34,656 nucleotides of DNA from the NCBI RefSeq assembly GCF_000485595.1, contig NW_014577072.1, positions 808,537-843,192 of the forward strand. Reading direction: 5' to 3'. This DNA is from Priapulus caudatus. Taxonomy: Eukaryota. Positions 21,712-33,870 of the stretch are shown here, in pieces. Made by a program: the position numbers and the translations under genes. The notes below the pieces were generated by a model. That model saw only the letters and a list, made by a program, of their open reading frames with translations. It was not told the DNA's origin and ran no database searches. Position 1 is the stretch's first letter; each line of letters opens with the position of its first letter.

Positions 21712-24566
21712 CGCTTATGTACGTTCTACTCCGTCTGTCCGCGCTCTTATTTCAATGGATGTATTCGGTCTAGCGGCCGTTAGATTGGTGTGTGTGTGCT
21801 CGTCGGGCAGTTACAGCGATGATACTTTGCGATGCGGCTGCTGGTGACGTTATAACGCGACACGGCCTACTGCGACGCACACGCCTTCGCGATGGCGAGG
21901 CATTTTAGGGATAGGCGGGCCATCAATTTGCGGAGTCACCGGAGAGTCAAAGGAATGCTGATTAAAAGCTTGGTAGGCCGCCGCCGGACTGCTAATGCCA
22001 AGGTGTTCCGCCGAGGTATGTCCATCGGTAAGCCGTGCTTCGGAGTACGAATTAGGGCCATCACCACGACAGCAGTGCCTATGATATGTATGCAAAGGGC
22101 CTTGGGTACTGCGTGCAAATCTCGTATACGCCCCAGGGTATGCGCTGCACGGCATCGGGCAATAGCGCCACTTATGCCGAAGGGTTGAACGGCGATCGCT
22201 TTTATTATTTTATTATTATTTTATGAAGGTTAAACTATAAAATATTGCTTTGAACTTTTGTCAACGTTGCGAAGAATATGCCGAGCGAAATATTTCAATG
22301 AAGGGGTAAAACTCGCTTAACTGCTCAAAATCGCTAAATCGCTAAACTAGGTGATAACTATATGATCAAGAAAAAAAGCGACACCTGATACTAAAGAATA
22401 CCGGCTGGTACTTGACTGTAAAAGGTTTACTGTAGGACCTTTTTTAATTTGTTAAACAACTAATGTTACATCGGCTGGCGCATGCAACACAAACATTCCC
22501 GGCTCTTCCCTAACGCGCTCGCGGTTTGTGTCGAGGTATTTCTAAAAGCCAGATCAAAACGCGTTTGTTAATGTCAGGCTGGCTCTGCAGCATTGCTCGA
22601 CGGGCGCACGCAGTGACAGCTGTCGTGCCCCCAGCAAGATTTCAATGGTTTTTAAACTCATGTAACTTTTAAATGAGACTTCCAATCGTTTTACGATGAT
22701 CGAGTTGTTGTCATGAAGGGTTTTGACAACGGATAAGCAGGCTTGATCGATGGCATTCTGACACATGCGACAGAAATGACAATTACATCGGTAAATTTTT
22801 TGAGTCCGTGTTTCAACTGAAAAAATGTACTTTAACCATATTAACGACTTATTGAGCAGTTGTGACACCTGGAATGGCGCAAACCGACTAAACGTAGGTA
22901 ATTATCACTGAATATGTCATCTATCACACAGAAAAGCGTCCCGGCATGAGTGGAAACCCGTGGCAGTAGTGCACAACACCTAAATATATTTCCCTATACC
23001 TCGCTGACTCGCCGTGTATAACTGCCAGTTGTCCCATTACCTGTTGTAAGAAGTAGTATGAGTATGTTGCGGTTGGGTCAAGGATGCTTTGGTAGTTCAA
23101 GCTAGTTCTGATCACTCCCACTCAGTTTTTCATCGGCTGGCCCACGAGCTAATTAGGAGTAGAGTAAAGATCTAGTCGATAATTAGGAGTTAAGTGGTTA
23201 ATGTCATGTGACGGAACAATGACTATTATTTGACCCGGACGTAATTAAAGGATCATTATCGAAGCTGTCAGCTTGCTATAGTATATCTGCAGTTGTAAGA
23301 GGCTTGGTGAATTATTAACCCGTTGTATGTTCCTTTAGTAATAAACCTATTCATTATCGCATAATCTTACGCCAACAGCAGCAGCAACATCAGACTTGCC
23401 CCACATCACTCGTGAAGCGCGCATCCTTCGGGTTTCTAAATTAGAGATATGGGTTTATCTGATATCTTTGTTACACGTCATGGATTTGGGTTGAAACAAG
23501 AGGGCGTCCCGGCCAACCCACAACTACAAAGGACGAAAACAACTGTTATACTATGAAAACTGATAGGTCTTCATTTTTGTCTGAAATAGACATTTGCGAG
23601 TCGGATAATTATGTGTCTTAATTTACATGTGGCATTTAACATTTCGACCTGCAGCCTATAAACACAATACGCGCGACTTTCCGGTAACAGCCCCACATGG
23701 TGTAAATAGAAACATAATATGATCCTTCGGGACGTGAAAGTTACCTCCCGAGTAGTTTTTTGCCTTAGGGAACGTACGCTTACTACGAGCTCTACATTAG
23801 CCTAGCTGAGCAGGTATATATAGGCAGTCTGGTCACTTGTAACGCATGCCTGCTTTTCGCCATGCACTGCATTTGGGGCATGGCCGGTAGCCTTGGTGGT
23901 TAGCCGTCTTGTAAGGTGTGGGCGTCTTAGTCGGAATGTTAGTAAACAGCGCTCGCGCATTTGTGTTATTTTTCATCGATTAGGCGTCATTAGTATGTTT
24001 TTACGACCTTGAGGCTCATCCTATTCCCCAGGCGGACTACGCGTCATTATTATCCGTATATTAATATAGTGCTTATCGTAAGGTGAAATGACTGATAAAT
24101 AATTACCAGAATATACATAGGACCAAAAAATTAATCACTGAATGGTCTAATATCGCACAAGGTTGCCAGAATAGTGAAATACGCAGTATTCTAATACGCT
24201 AACAAGCTACGAATTGTAGAATTTAATTAAATGCATGAGGGTGCCATGCGGCTATTGTGTAAGTGACTGGATGTCTGGCTGTAGAAGTTAAAATTTTGCA
24301 ATCATTTCCCCTTTATTTAAAGTAAAAGACCCAGGTCCGGCTGGAATCCAAGCATAAATTTAATTTCCTTAGTACTATGGAGAAAGAGTCACGGTGTTTA
24401 TATGAAGCAATAATAAGGAGAAACTTGGAATCAACGTACAAGGAAAGTTGTGAAAGAACAGTGAGTCAAAAGGCGTGCATATTTAAGATTGTATTGTTCG
24501 TCAGACCTAGCGGCCAATCCATATAGGTAGTGAGTAAACTCTCTATGCTTCTATGAGTCACTCATT

Positions 24567-25675
24567 AAAGTGAATGTCATAGATCTGATTCAAAGCACAA
24601 GCGCTGTCGGCCCGCCCGGCTCCACTTTAAACATATAAGAACGGCCGAAGAAAATTCTCTTGTCAGGCAACGGTGACCGACGCACGAGCGCCATCGTCAT
24701 GTACATTAATATAGACATAGCTGTGAAACCAGGGCGTGATGCTGCGACCAATGTGAATATCATAGATTGGAGTTTATCAAGCACGCCTGCTGTCGGCCCG
24801 GCCCGCTCCACTTTGAATGTATAATAACGGTTGAAGACAATTCTCTTGGCAGTCAACGGTGACCGATGCACGAGCGCCATCTACCGGTATATTAATATAG
24901 GCATAGCAGGGAACCCAGGGCGTGATGCTGCGAGAAAAGTGAATATTATAGTACGGATTTTACAAAGCACACGTGCTGTCGGCCCGCCCCGCTCCACATT
25001 GAACGTATAAGAACGGCCAAAGACAATTATCTTGGCAGTCAACGGCGACCGACGTCGGAGCGCCTTTTTCATGTACATTATCATAGCCGGGAACACAGGG
25101 CATGATTCTGCAAGCAAAGTGAATATTATAGGTCCAATTTTACCAAGCATACGTGCTGTCGGCCCGCCCCGCTCCGCTTTGCACGTATAAGAACGGCTGA
25201 AGGCAATAATTATCTTGGCAGTCAACGGTGATCGATGCACGAGCGCCATCTACCGGTACATTAAAATAGGCACAGCAAGGAACCCAGGGCGTGATGCTAC
25301 GAGAAAAGTGAATTTTATAGTTCGGATTTTACAAAGCACACGTGCTGTCGGCCCGCCTCGCTCTACTTTGAACGTATAAGAACGGCTGAAAACAATTATC
25401 TTGACAGTCAACGGTGATCGATGCACGAGCGCCATCTACCGGTACATTAATAAAGGCATAGCAGGGAACCCAGGGCGTGATGCTGCGAGAAAAGTGAAAA
25501 TTATAGATCGGATTTTATTAAACACACGTGCTGTCGTCCCGCCAGGCTCCACTTTGAACGTATGAAAGCGGCGGAAAAAATTATCTTTGCAGTCAACGGC
25601 GACCGACCTCGGAGCGCCGTTTTTCATTTTACGTTAGCATTGAGGCGAACCCAGGGCGTGATGCGGCGAGCAAAT
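24567..25675. repeat. Tandem array of ~186-bp units, ~6 copies
   Basis: Anchor GCTGTCG at 24603, 24789, 24975, 25155, 25344, 25530. Confidence 0.95.
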
Positions 25676-28111
25676 TAACATTGCCGTGTTACGCACCACG
25701 TCAGTGCTAGCAGTAGAAACTGTAGTAAATAGTATAGCAGCAGTTGAAGCAGCAGCAGCAATATAGAGAAACATTGCGCTATGACCAATACATCGGCTTA
25801 AATGTGGGAAAGCACATTTTTACGCAAATAGTTAGTGTCCGTACTTAATCTCTGCTTCTCAACGGGATCATGCGATATGTGGGACTACCGTTTTGCTCTG
25901 TGCATGGTAGTCCCGCAGCGAGAGTTACATACACAACTGTTCTTTCTAATACAGGTGGTCAGTGGGAAATGTCAACTAACCAGAATCGAGTACAAGAGGT
26001 GGCTCTTTCTAAGGCACAGATTTTATCGAGCTAGCCAAAATAGCTGCGTGAAAAAATCACGCGACACAATGAACAAGTGAAAATAGTCCAATGAAAATGA
26101 CCAGGCTGAGGTTTTTTAGGCCACGAAACCTTTCAGGTGTGCACTGCAAATGTTTGCTATATAGAACACTTATCAGTCAAATGGGTCAGGAGAGCGCGTT
26201 GCCTTTAGGTTATAGGCTAGATAATAAAACAAGGCAAATAATACAGGTGTGTACGTAACTGAGTGCGCGCATGCGTGCAAGCTTGTTGGTGAATGTAAAA
26301 TATAAGCGCTTGTTATCTCCAGTATAGTTATAATTATCGTACGAAATACCATCGTGCTATACTTGATTTGGCCAATTGTATATAATTGTTCATGTTGCAG
26401 GTATGACACCGTTATCGTAATTTATGTACTCTAGTTTCCGTTTTGGTTCGTTGGTATTTTCACATTAATTATAAACCACTTGGAGTCATGTTACTTTCTT
26501 GCTTGTCTAGATCTGGCATTCGACTGTTTTCCTTTATATTACTGTCTCTCAGGCTGTCTAAAGATGGTCAAAGTCATAATAAGGAAATAGATTGGAATAT
26601 TCTACATTCATATGCGTATATGTATAGCCATTTTGAACAAATACAGGAAAATACTCACGAGAAATAGATTAGATTTCTGAAATAGTATTAGATGTGTATA
26701 TAGTATTAGATGTAGAATGATTTACCTAACTTTATATCAGGTGTTAACGTTGACGTTTCCACACATGCAACTGTGATAGTGACCACGGTTTTCATGGAAG
26801 TCCGGATTTTCATGGAATGACGTGTTCCACTAACTTTTCGCACGGCCTCGTGTATCGCAGGCCGTCAATGACAGCACCATTCTTTACGGTATTGCTTGCC
26901 GGATGTATGGCGCTTGTTTCACCCTAACACGTATTACCAGTTATGCACCAGTTACCTCTCTGCAATTTGGAGTCCGTGCAACCGGTAGAGATAATTGCAT
27001 ACGTAACAAGCATTTCATTGCTCTCACATTTTTCAAATAAATAAACGCCCGCAAAATCTACAAGTTAAATAGTTTCGTGGGTATATATCTAGTCAACAGT
27101 AACATTAACTACACAGGTGAACGGCTCTTGATCCAATCCAATTGTACGTGTTTTATGTTATTGTATACGAGCATAGAAATAATGTCTGCAGGTCATTCGG
27201 ATAGTGGCTAGCGTTCGTCTCGCTTTAATACCTTATAAGCTTGAAGCGACGCGGGCTCTTTGTCTGCAAGCGGCCGACGGCATAAGCTGGCCTGCCACAA
27301 CCACGGATCAGGGGTTGCAACCACTAGCTGCCGCGACGGGTCGAGTTCGCATTTATAGGAGATGCTTGGCTGGTCACGGCAATACATCCCCCCTATACCA
27401 TGCGCTCACGTACGCGAATAAATAGTCCACAGTTTCACTTCCTGGTCCGCATCGCAGTACTGCACAAAGGAGAGCTCAGCGCGCAAGCATGATCGCACAC
27501 CATGAGTTCATGAACCGTACGTGCACACACTCCACGCTAGCAGAGATGCATCACGGGCACACTCGTCCCGCTGGTAGAGATGTGCAGTCTATGCGTTAGC
27601 TTCGTGAGCGCTCGCGTGTACGGCGCCAGCAGTAGAATATAGTTGCCTATATACAGTTTGTTTTAGCGATCCCCGTCACAATCTACGGTCGGAGGCGACG
27701 GCATTATGGTAACGTCAACATGTTATCTATACGGTAAGAGGCCATCATCCTTATTTCAATCGGTTATATAAAAGGCTAGATGACGACATATATGTAGAAT
27801 GTAGTAATACCAGCTCGCTAAGTTCCATCAGGGAAATGGACGCATGCGTAATGTGAACAGGAATTTATCTAGCAAATTGCATGACTACTGTAAATAAATT
27901 CAATGTAAGCGTGAAGTGCATTTTTGTTTCGTCCTGTACATTGAATATATATAATGCAGTTTCTAAAGTTGATTTTCGTGTATATTCAGTCGAGGAAATG
28001 TGACAGGAGTGACCACTACACACGGAAGAACCTCGTGCTGAGTACTGCACTACGAACACGCGTAGAGAGTGTAAGGAATTTCCACACACGCAGTCGTCTA
28101 CCCATGCTCTA

Positions 28112-28113
28112 AC

Positions 28114-28175
<62 letters not shown>

Positions 28176-28224
28176 CGCACGGCACACACGACACACACAC
28201 GCCAAGCGAGCACACGCACCACAA

Positions 28225-28257
<33 letters not shown>

Positions 28258-28295
28258 CACCAACAAAGAGGAGAGAGAGAGAGAGAGAGAGAGAA
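28112..28295. repeat. (CA)n and (GA)n microsatellites upstream of the GT92 gene
   Basis: Direct reading. Confidence 0.95.
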
Positions 28296-28469
28296 AGACG
28301 CACAACAAACGAGTACATATCGAGATAGAGAGAGCAAGGAACATTCACATCGGTGCCCCCGTCAACCTCTTCGCTCGTGCTGTAAGAACGCCGACCCGGA
28401 AGCTGTGAACCTGATCGCCGGCGAGTGATACGCCTGACGACGAGAGAGTCACGCCAGCGCTCTGCCATC

Positions 28470-30032
28470 ATGCTGTACCAGATGAACATACGCATGCGCT
28501 GGCGACGCATTGCTCTCGTGCTCGTCTACGTCGCCATGTTCGGCGCGTTTGTCATCGTGAGCGACTCGCAAATAGAGAAGAGCTACTACGACGTCGCCAA
28601 CGGCCAGCCGAACAGCAGCAACGCGTCGGCGGCGGAACGGCACCAGGGAGCGCCGGCGTCGCTTACGACGATGTCGACGGCGGAACGGCACCAGGGGGCG
28701 CCGGCGTCGCTTACGACGGTGTCGGCGGCGCGCTCGGGAGCATCCAGGTGTCCGGTGCGCTTTCCCAGCTTCGTCGACGTCAGGATGAACAATTTCATGT
28801 GGCAGCGCGTGCACGAGATGGACATCTTTCTCTACGCTGCTTACTACGACGGCCGACAGGTGGCGACACGCGGCCAGCGGTTCGTGCGCGTGCTCGGTAT
28901 GAAGGACATCTGCGCTCTGCCGCCGATGTACTGTCAGCTGTGGTACGAAGGCGAGCGCGCGCCCCACGTCGTCAAGGCGAGCCAGCAGTGGCTCTGGTTC
29001 AACTGCAAGGAGGCGATAGTGCCGAACGAGTACCACGCGATCATGTACACGTGCCGACTGCCGCGTCGGCGCGGCGCCGTCCTACCTAGATTCGTTAGCG
29101 TCGCGCCGCTGCCGTGCACGCCGGCGACGAACGCGCTCGCCGTGAGCGGCCGCGAGCCGCCGCCGGGGGGCGCCGCCGCGCGGCAGGACTTCGGCGTCTG
29201 CGTGAAGGGGCTGAACTTTCTCGACGCCGACATCAGCGAGCGACTCGTCGAGTGGATCGAGATGCATCGTCTGCTTGGCGCGCAGAAGATCTTCTTCTAC
29301 AAGTACGACGTGACGCCGGCGATGGACGCAGTGCTGCGTCACTACGAGCGCGTCGGCGTCGTCGACGTCACGCCGCTGACGCTGCCCGGCGCGCATCCGA
29401 ACGAGCCGCGCATGCGCAGCATGTTCGTCAGCAACAACTCGTGGCAGGCGTGGCTCATGGAAGTGTTCGTCTACACGGACTGCCTCTACCGGAACATCAA
29501 CACGTACCGCTACCTGGCGGTGGTCGACATCGACGAGATCATCGTGCCGCGGCGCGGCATGACGTGGCAGACGATCATGGCGGCGATACGCGAGTCGGAG
29601 CCGAACATCGACCGCTACGCGTCCTACACGTTCCGCAACGAGTACTTCCTCGACCAGTTCTTCGTGGCGCCGAGCGATCGCTTCCCGCCTTTCATGCACG
29701 CGCTGCAGCACGTCAACCGCTCGGCGAAGCTGTCGCCGAAGGGCGAGGACATCAAGTCGTTCGTGAACACGCAGGGTGCGCTCAGCGTCCACAATCACTG
29801 GCCGCTGCAGCTGCTGCCAGGCTACGAGCCCGTCACGTACTGGGTGGACGAGTCGGTGGCGCGCATGCAGCACTACCGCAGCACGTGCTCGACGGTGAAC
29901 GAGACTGCGTGCGACCCATCGTACACGGGCGACGTCGTCACGGACACGACCATATGGAAGTACGCGGAGCCACTGGTTCAGAATGCGCTGCGTGCGACGG
30001 AGGCTGTGAATAATATTCTAGCGACCGAGTGA
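28470..30032 (+). CDS. Glycosyltransferase family 92 (DUF23; GALT-1-like), type II membrane protein, 520 aa, single coding exon
   Basis: First ATG at 28470; basic tail plus TM RWRRIALVLVYVAMFGAFVIVS; LYAAYYD, YCQLWY, FGVCVKGL, LVEWIEMHRLLGA.KIFFY, DCLYRN, DxD motif VVDIDEII, KSFVN...VHNH, MQHYR; strongly GC3-biased codons. Confidence 0.93.
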   Translation: MLYQMNIRMRWRRIALVLVYVAMFGAFVIVSDSQIEKSYYDVANGQPNSSNASAAERHQGAPASLTTMSTAERHQGAPASLTTVSAARSGASRCPVRFPSFVDVRMNNFMWQRVHEMDIFLYAAYYDGRQVATRGQRFVRVLGMKDICALPPMYCQLWYEGERAPHVVKASQQWLWFNCKEAIVPNEYHAIMYTCRLPRRRGAVLPRFVSVAPLPCTPATNALAVSGREPPPGGAAARQDFGVCVKGLNFLDADISERLVEWIEMHRLLGAQKIFFYKYDVTPAMDAVLRHYERVGVVDVTPLTLPGAHPNEPRMRSMFVSNNSWQAWLMEVFVYTDCLYRNINTYRYLAVVDIDEIIVPRRGMTWQTIMAAIRESEPNIDRYASYTFRNEYFLDQFFVAPSDRFPPFMHALQHVNRSAKLSPKGEDIKSFVNTQGALSVHNHWPLQLLPGYEPVTYWVDESVARMQHYRSTCSTVNETACDPSYTGDVVTDTTIWKYAEPLVQNALRATEAVNNILATE

Positions 30033-30059
30033 CGAATGAATCAGGAACGGCGCAAGATG

Positions 30060-30345
30060 TGAGATAGAGAGAGAGGGGGGAGAGAGAGAGGGGGGAAAGA
30101 GAGAGGGAGAGAGAGAGGGGGGGAGAGGGAGAGAGGTAGGGAGAGAGAGAGAGAAGGAGAGAGAAAGCGCGCGCGCGAGAGGAAGAGAAAGAGATATAGA
30201 AAGGCAGAGAGAGAGAGAGGGAAAAAGAGGGAGAAAGAGAGCGCGCGCGAGAGAGGGAGAGAGCGAGAGAGAGAGAAGGAGAAAGAGAGAGCTCGCGCAC
30301 AAGAAAGAGCGCGTGAGAGAGCACGTGTGAGCGAGAGAGAGCAGA
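30060..30345. repeat. GA-rich polypurine simple repeat
   Basis: Direct reading. Confidence 0.95.
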
Positions 30346-31364
30346 CGGAAAGGGGTGATTGACAGAGCACGCGAGAGAGTATGTGCATGGGGGAGATACG
30401 TGAGAGGCGGAAAACCCATTCACGAGATAACTATAAACTATAAAACTCACCACGAATGAAAGATTAGACGAGGGCGTCGGCAAGTAACAAATATAACTTT
30501 ACTATGAGCCGGGTAACATGATATAATATCGCGTGATATAACCATGAATTAGTGCCAGTTAACTCAGCAGTTCCTCGTAACATTCGCACTAAGCAACGTC
30601 GCTATATATATACGCTGCATTTACTCATCATTCTATTTCGCTTTGCGCCACTAAGTCAAATGAGGTCGGTTGTACATACCATGCAGCAAGCTTTTCCAGG
30701 ATTTAAAAGTAGATTACAGAAATTATTAAATAAATTATAATTATATATACATATGTATTGAATGCGTGCCTTGCTTTACATTCACACACATGCACAAAAT
30801 ATATGACAAGAATTGACTGACATCTGTGGCGTATGTCGTACGATATACGTAAATCGTAACTAGCTATTATGTTAAGAATATTTAACTCAAAAAACTATTT
30901 AAATGTTTTTTCAAGACTTCAAGACATAGATGAGGTAACCATAGGTACGCATAGCAAGTAGTATTGTCTTACACACGTCATCTTAAACTATTAAGCCTGA
31001 TATAATATTGTATAGACAAAACACAACATAACTAGATCGCACATTAAGGTACCCATCTAGTTATGAATTCAAGATAATTGCACTTCATGATACATGAGCC
31101 TATTCCATTCATATGAGCCATTGAATTTCGCCTCGTAACGTACTCAACGAAACCGATTCAGAAATGGCGTTCGACTGTCTCGCTATATGGGTCGTCTCTA
31201 ATCTTGAGCTCCTCAATAGCGCGTGACTATCAAGGTCATGATCACGTTCGAGTGTGCGGGTCAATGCCTAACGCAAGACATAATTAGAACTACATAATAG
31301 ACATGACTGATTTGTACTGTTAATGTAGGGTGATATAGCTATGTCGTGAGTTTTGTTCAGCGGC

Positions 31365-31433
31365 CTAATTTTTATTCGCTTTAGGCGTAGACTTTCCGGC
31401 CTCCTTACTTTTCTTCTCCATTTCCTCAAATGC
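31365..31433 (-). CDS. Unidentified gene, terminal coding exon
   Basis: CTCTGCAG|AFEEMEKKSKEAGKSTPKANKN*; phase 0. Confidence 0.75.
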   Translation of the reverse strand, partial: AFEEMEKKSKEAGKSTPKANKN

Positions 31434-31594
31434 CTGCAGAGATAGAATGATCGCCATTTGAACTATGCAGTCACCGGTGCCAAACTGTTTAAGCACCACC
31501 AAATATATGCCTCTGTACATTTCGACGTCTAATTGTCTCGTTTAATATTAACAGCGTCAATGCGATAATTTTGCGATATCAATGGTGCTCCTAC

Positions 31595-31690
31595 CTTCAG
31601 TCTTGCCATTACCGCACCAGTTGCGTTCGGCATGGGCTTGGCCTCTCTGTCGGGAACTGTAACCGTATATTCCACCATCTCAAAGTTCTT
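31595..31690 (-). CDS. Unidentified gene, internal exon
   Basis: TTCAG|KNFEMVEYTVTVPDREAKPMPNATGAVMARLK|GTAGGA; phase 0/0. Confidence 0.7.
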
Positions 31691-31889
31691 CTGAATCGAA
31701 TACCGCCAGTACCATCATTAAAGACAAACCATGTAAGTATTGTACTTACATATTGTGCACACACACACACACACAGGCACACAACCACCACAGCACGCAC
31801 GCGCGCAAGCCGAGCCGGCGCGCAGCGGCACACAAACATAATATCATAACCATCGTAGTATCATAGGATTTTCATATGGTATGTGTATA

Positions 31890-32009
31890 CACTACAAGAT
31901 GCGCGCGCACACTACACACACAACACAACACACACACCCACACCACGCGCCTGCGCGGGGCGACACGACACATAACGCGCGCACGAGACACACACACACA
32001 CACACACAC

Positions 32010-32048
<39 letters not shown>

Positions 32049-32102
32049 GCCGCGCGCGGCCGCCACACACATAATATATATTATATATATATATATAATA
32101 TA

Positions 32103-32134
<32 letters not shown>

Positions 32135-32135
32135 G
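31890..32135. repeat. (CA)n and (TA)n microsatellites
   Basis: Direct reading. Confidence 0.95.
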
Positions 32136-32299
32136 TATTTATACGCGTAATATCTTTCAAGAATATACATTAGGGTAGAAGAAGATTATATACACACAGC
32201 ATATATTTCTCGAGGTACGTGTATCACGTTTTGTGCTAATAATACTTGCTGCTAAATCATTACATGTCTCTCCAACTTGCATAGGAAGATGCGTATTAC

Positions 32300-32494
32300 C
32301 TTTTGTAGCGACTTTTTTGGTGATATTGTTATCGCTAGTTCGCTAGTGTGAAGCTTCTTTGGTTCGTCATCTTTGGTATTCGATTTCTTGATGTCATCCT
32401 TCCGTATTTTTTCTATATCTTCGCGAAGCTTCTTGACGGTGCTTCTAGTAGACACAAGTTGCTCGTTTTCTTTTCGCAGCTCACTCTCTAGCTC
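32300..32494 (-). CDS. Unidentified gene, coiled-coil exon
   Basis: ATTAG|ELESELRKENEQLVSTRSTVKKLREDIEKIRKDD...KKSLQK|GTAATA; phase 0/0. Confidence 0.8.
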
Positions 32495-33411
32495 CTAATA
32501 ATATAGACGCATATAAAAGACGGATATATCCCTTACACGCACACTCCTTTACGTACAGTGGTGAGGCATAATTGAATCAAATTGAGATATATTCTAACGA
32601 TAAATACAGTATGTAGTCCGGATAATAAATATTATTGGATACATGTCAGAATTACCTACGTTTATCGCCCAGCCAATACAACAAATCTGAAATAGCCCAT
32701 CGGTGATAAATGTAACCAGAGATGTACTGCACCATAATTACGTTGCAAATGTTTTACGTAAACAGATTATACGCAAGACATTTTATCCTTATATGTGTTC
32801 GTGCGAGCGTGCGTGCGCGTGTATGCGTATGTATGTGCGTGCGAGTCTGAATATGTCCGTGTATGCGCGTGTACGTGTGCGTGTGTGCGCGTATACATGT
32901 GTGCTGTTGTTGTTGCACATACATAGGTGACACCATGTCGAAATAGAGACATGCAGACTAAGCGTAGAATTAGCATGACGCATCAAGCCAGTACACATAC
33001 CTTTATATCTTCGTTCACTTGCGCATTCTTTCCGCGCCAACCTTTTGTGTTATCTCGTCTTACTATCGCATCGTTTAATCGTTGCGTCAAAATTTTGACC
33101 TGTGAGTACATTTGCCTTCATACAACGACAGAGCTTCACACAGAAAAAGAGTAAAGGGCATGCATCAGAGGCCTCATTAAATTAGAGAGAGCCTCGATAT
33201 TTCATATACGGTACACAGAATGCACAGCAGTAGAGGTGTAGAGGAAACGAAAAGAGAGGAAATATAATAAGAACAAGGCTCGCTGCAGCTGCCATCTTGC
33301 GGAAAAAGTGCGACCAGCATTTTAACAAATAAAAATGTCAATCGTTTAAAATATCTGCATAGAAACAGACCGTGCATGAAATTAAGGATATGCCATAAAA
33401 TAAAGTCATAC

Positions 33412-33542
33412 CTGCTGTTCACTCGCGTCCTGTCTTGCTTCTTCATTTTTCGACTTCTCTTCCTTTCGCTTCAGGCGTACATCGGCGAGAATTGGGTTTG
33501 GGGTTTGGTGTAATAATTCATTATCCCCGTATGGAAACGCAC
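33412..33542 (-). CDS. Unidentified gene, internal exon
   Basis: TTGTTCAG|..AFPYGDNELLHQTPNPILADVRLKRKEEKSKNEEARQDASEQQ|GTATGA; phase 1/0. Confidence 0.78.
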
Positions 33543-33749
33543 CTGAACAATACACGCATGTAAGCGCGTTGTTGCGTATAGTGGTGGAAAGAGGAGTTCT
33601 CTAAATTAGCAATGCTGTCTTACCATCCATCGTTATTATTTCAATACGCGGATGTATTTAAATGTGTTTCCATTATCCCGCGCAGCACCGCGAATGATCG
33701 CCACAATGTGTTGAGAGCCCTTCTAATCGTGTAAATATGCGGAACGTAC

Positions 33750-33870
33750 TTGTAGATGAGACGACTATGCCAGACTCTCTGCTGCCTAGGCGAAGCAGCA
33801 GCCTGTCCTTAGCCGGTGTCGCAGCGTGTTCAGTAACTACTGTTTCATGGACGACCTTGGCAGCATGCAC
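33750..33870 (-). CDS. Unidentified gene, internal exon
   Basis: CTATAG|VHAAKVVHETVVTEHAATPAKDRLLLRLGSRESGIVVSST|GTACGT; phase 0/1 fits both neighbours. Confidence 0.72.

Noticed and set aside
23415..23750. cUUCGg tetraloop hairpins suggesting structured RNA
   Set aside because: Stems are only 2-3 bp and no larger fold is evident.
24567..25675. CRISPR-like array
   Set aside because: Whole units repeat with no unique spacers, the context is eukaryotic and there are no cas genes.
28449..30013. Overlapping 195-299 aa ORFs in other frames of the GT92 gene
   Set aside because: Shadow ORFs caused by high GC and stop-codon depletion.
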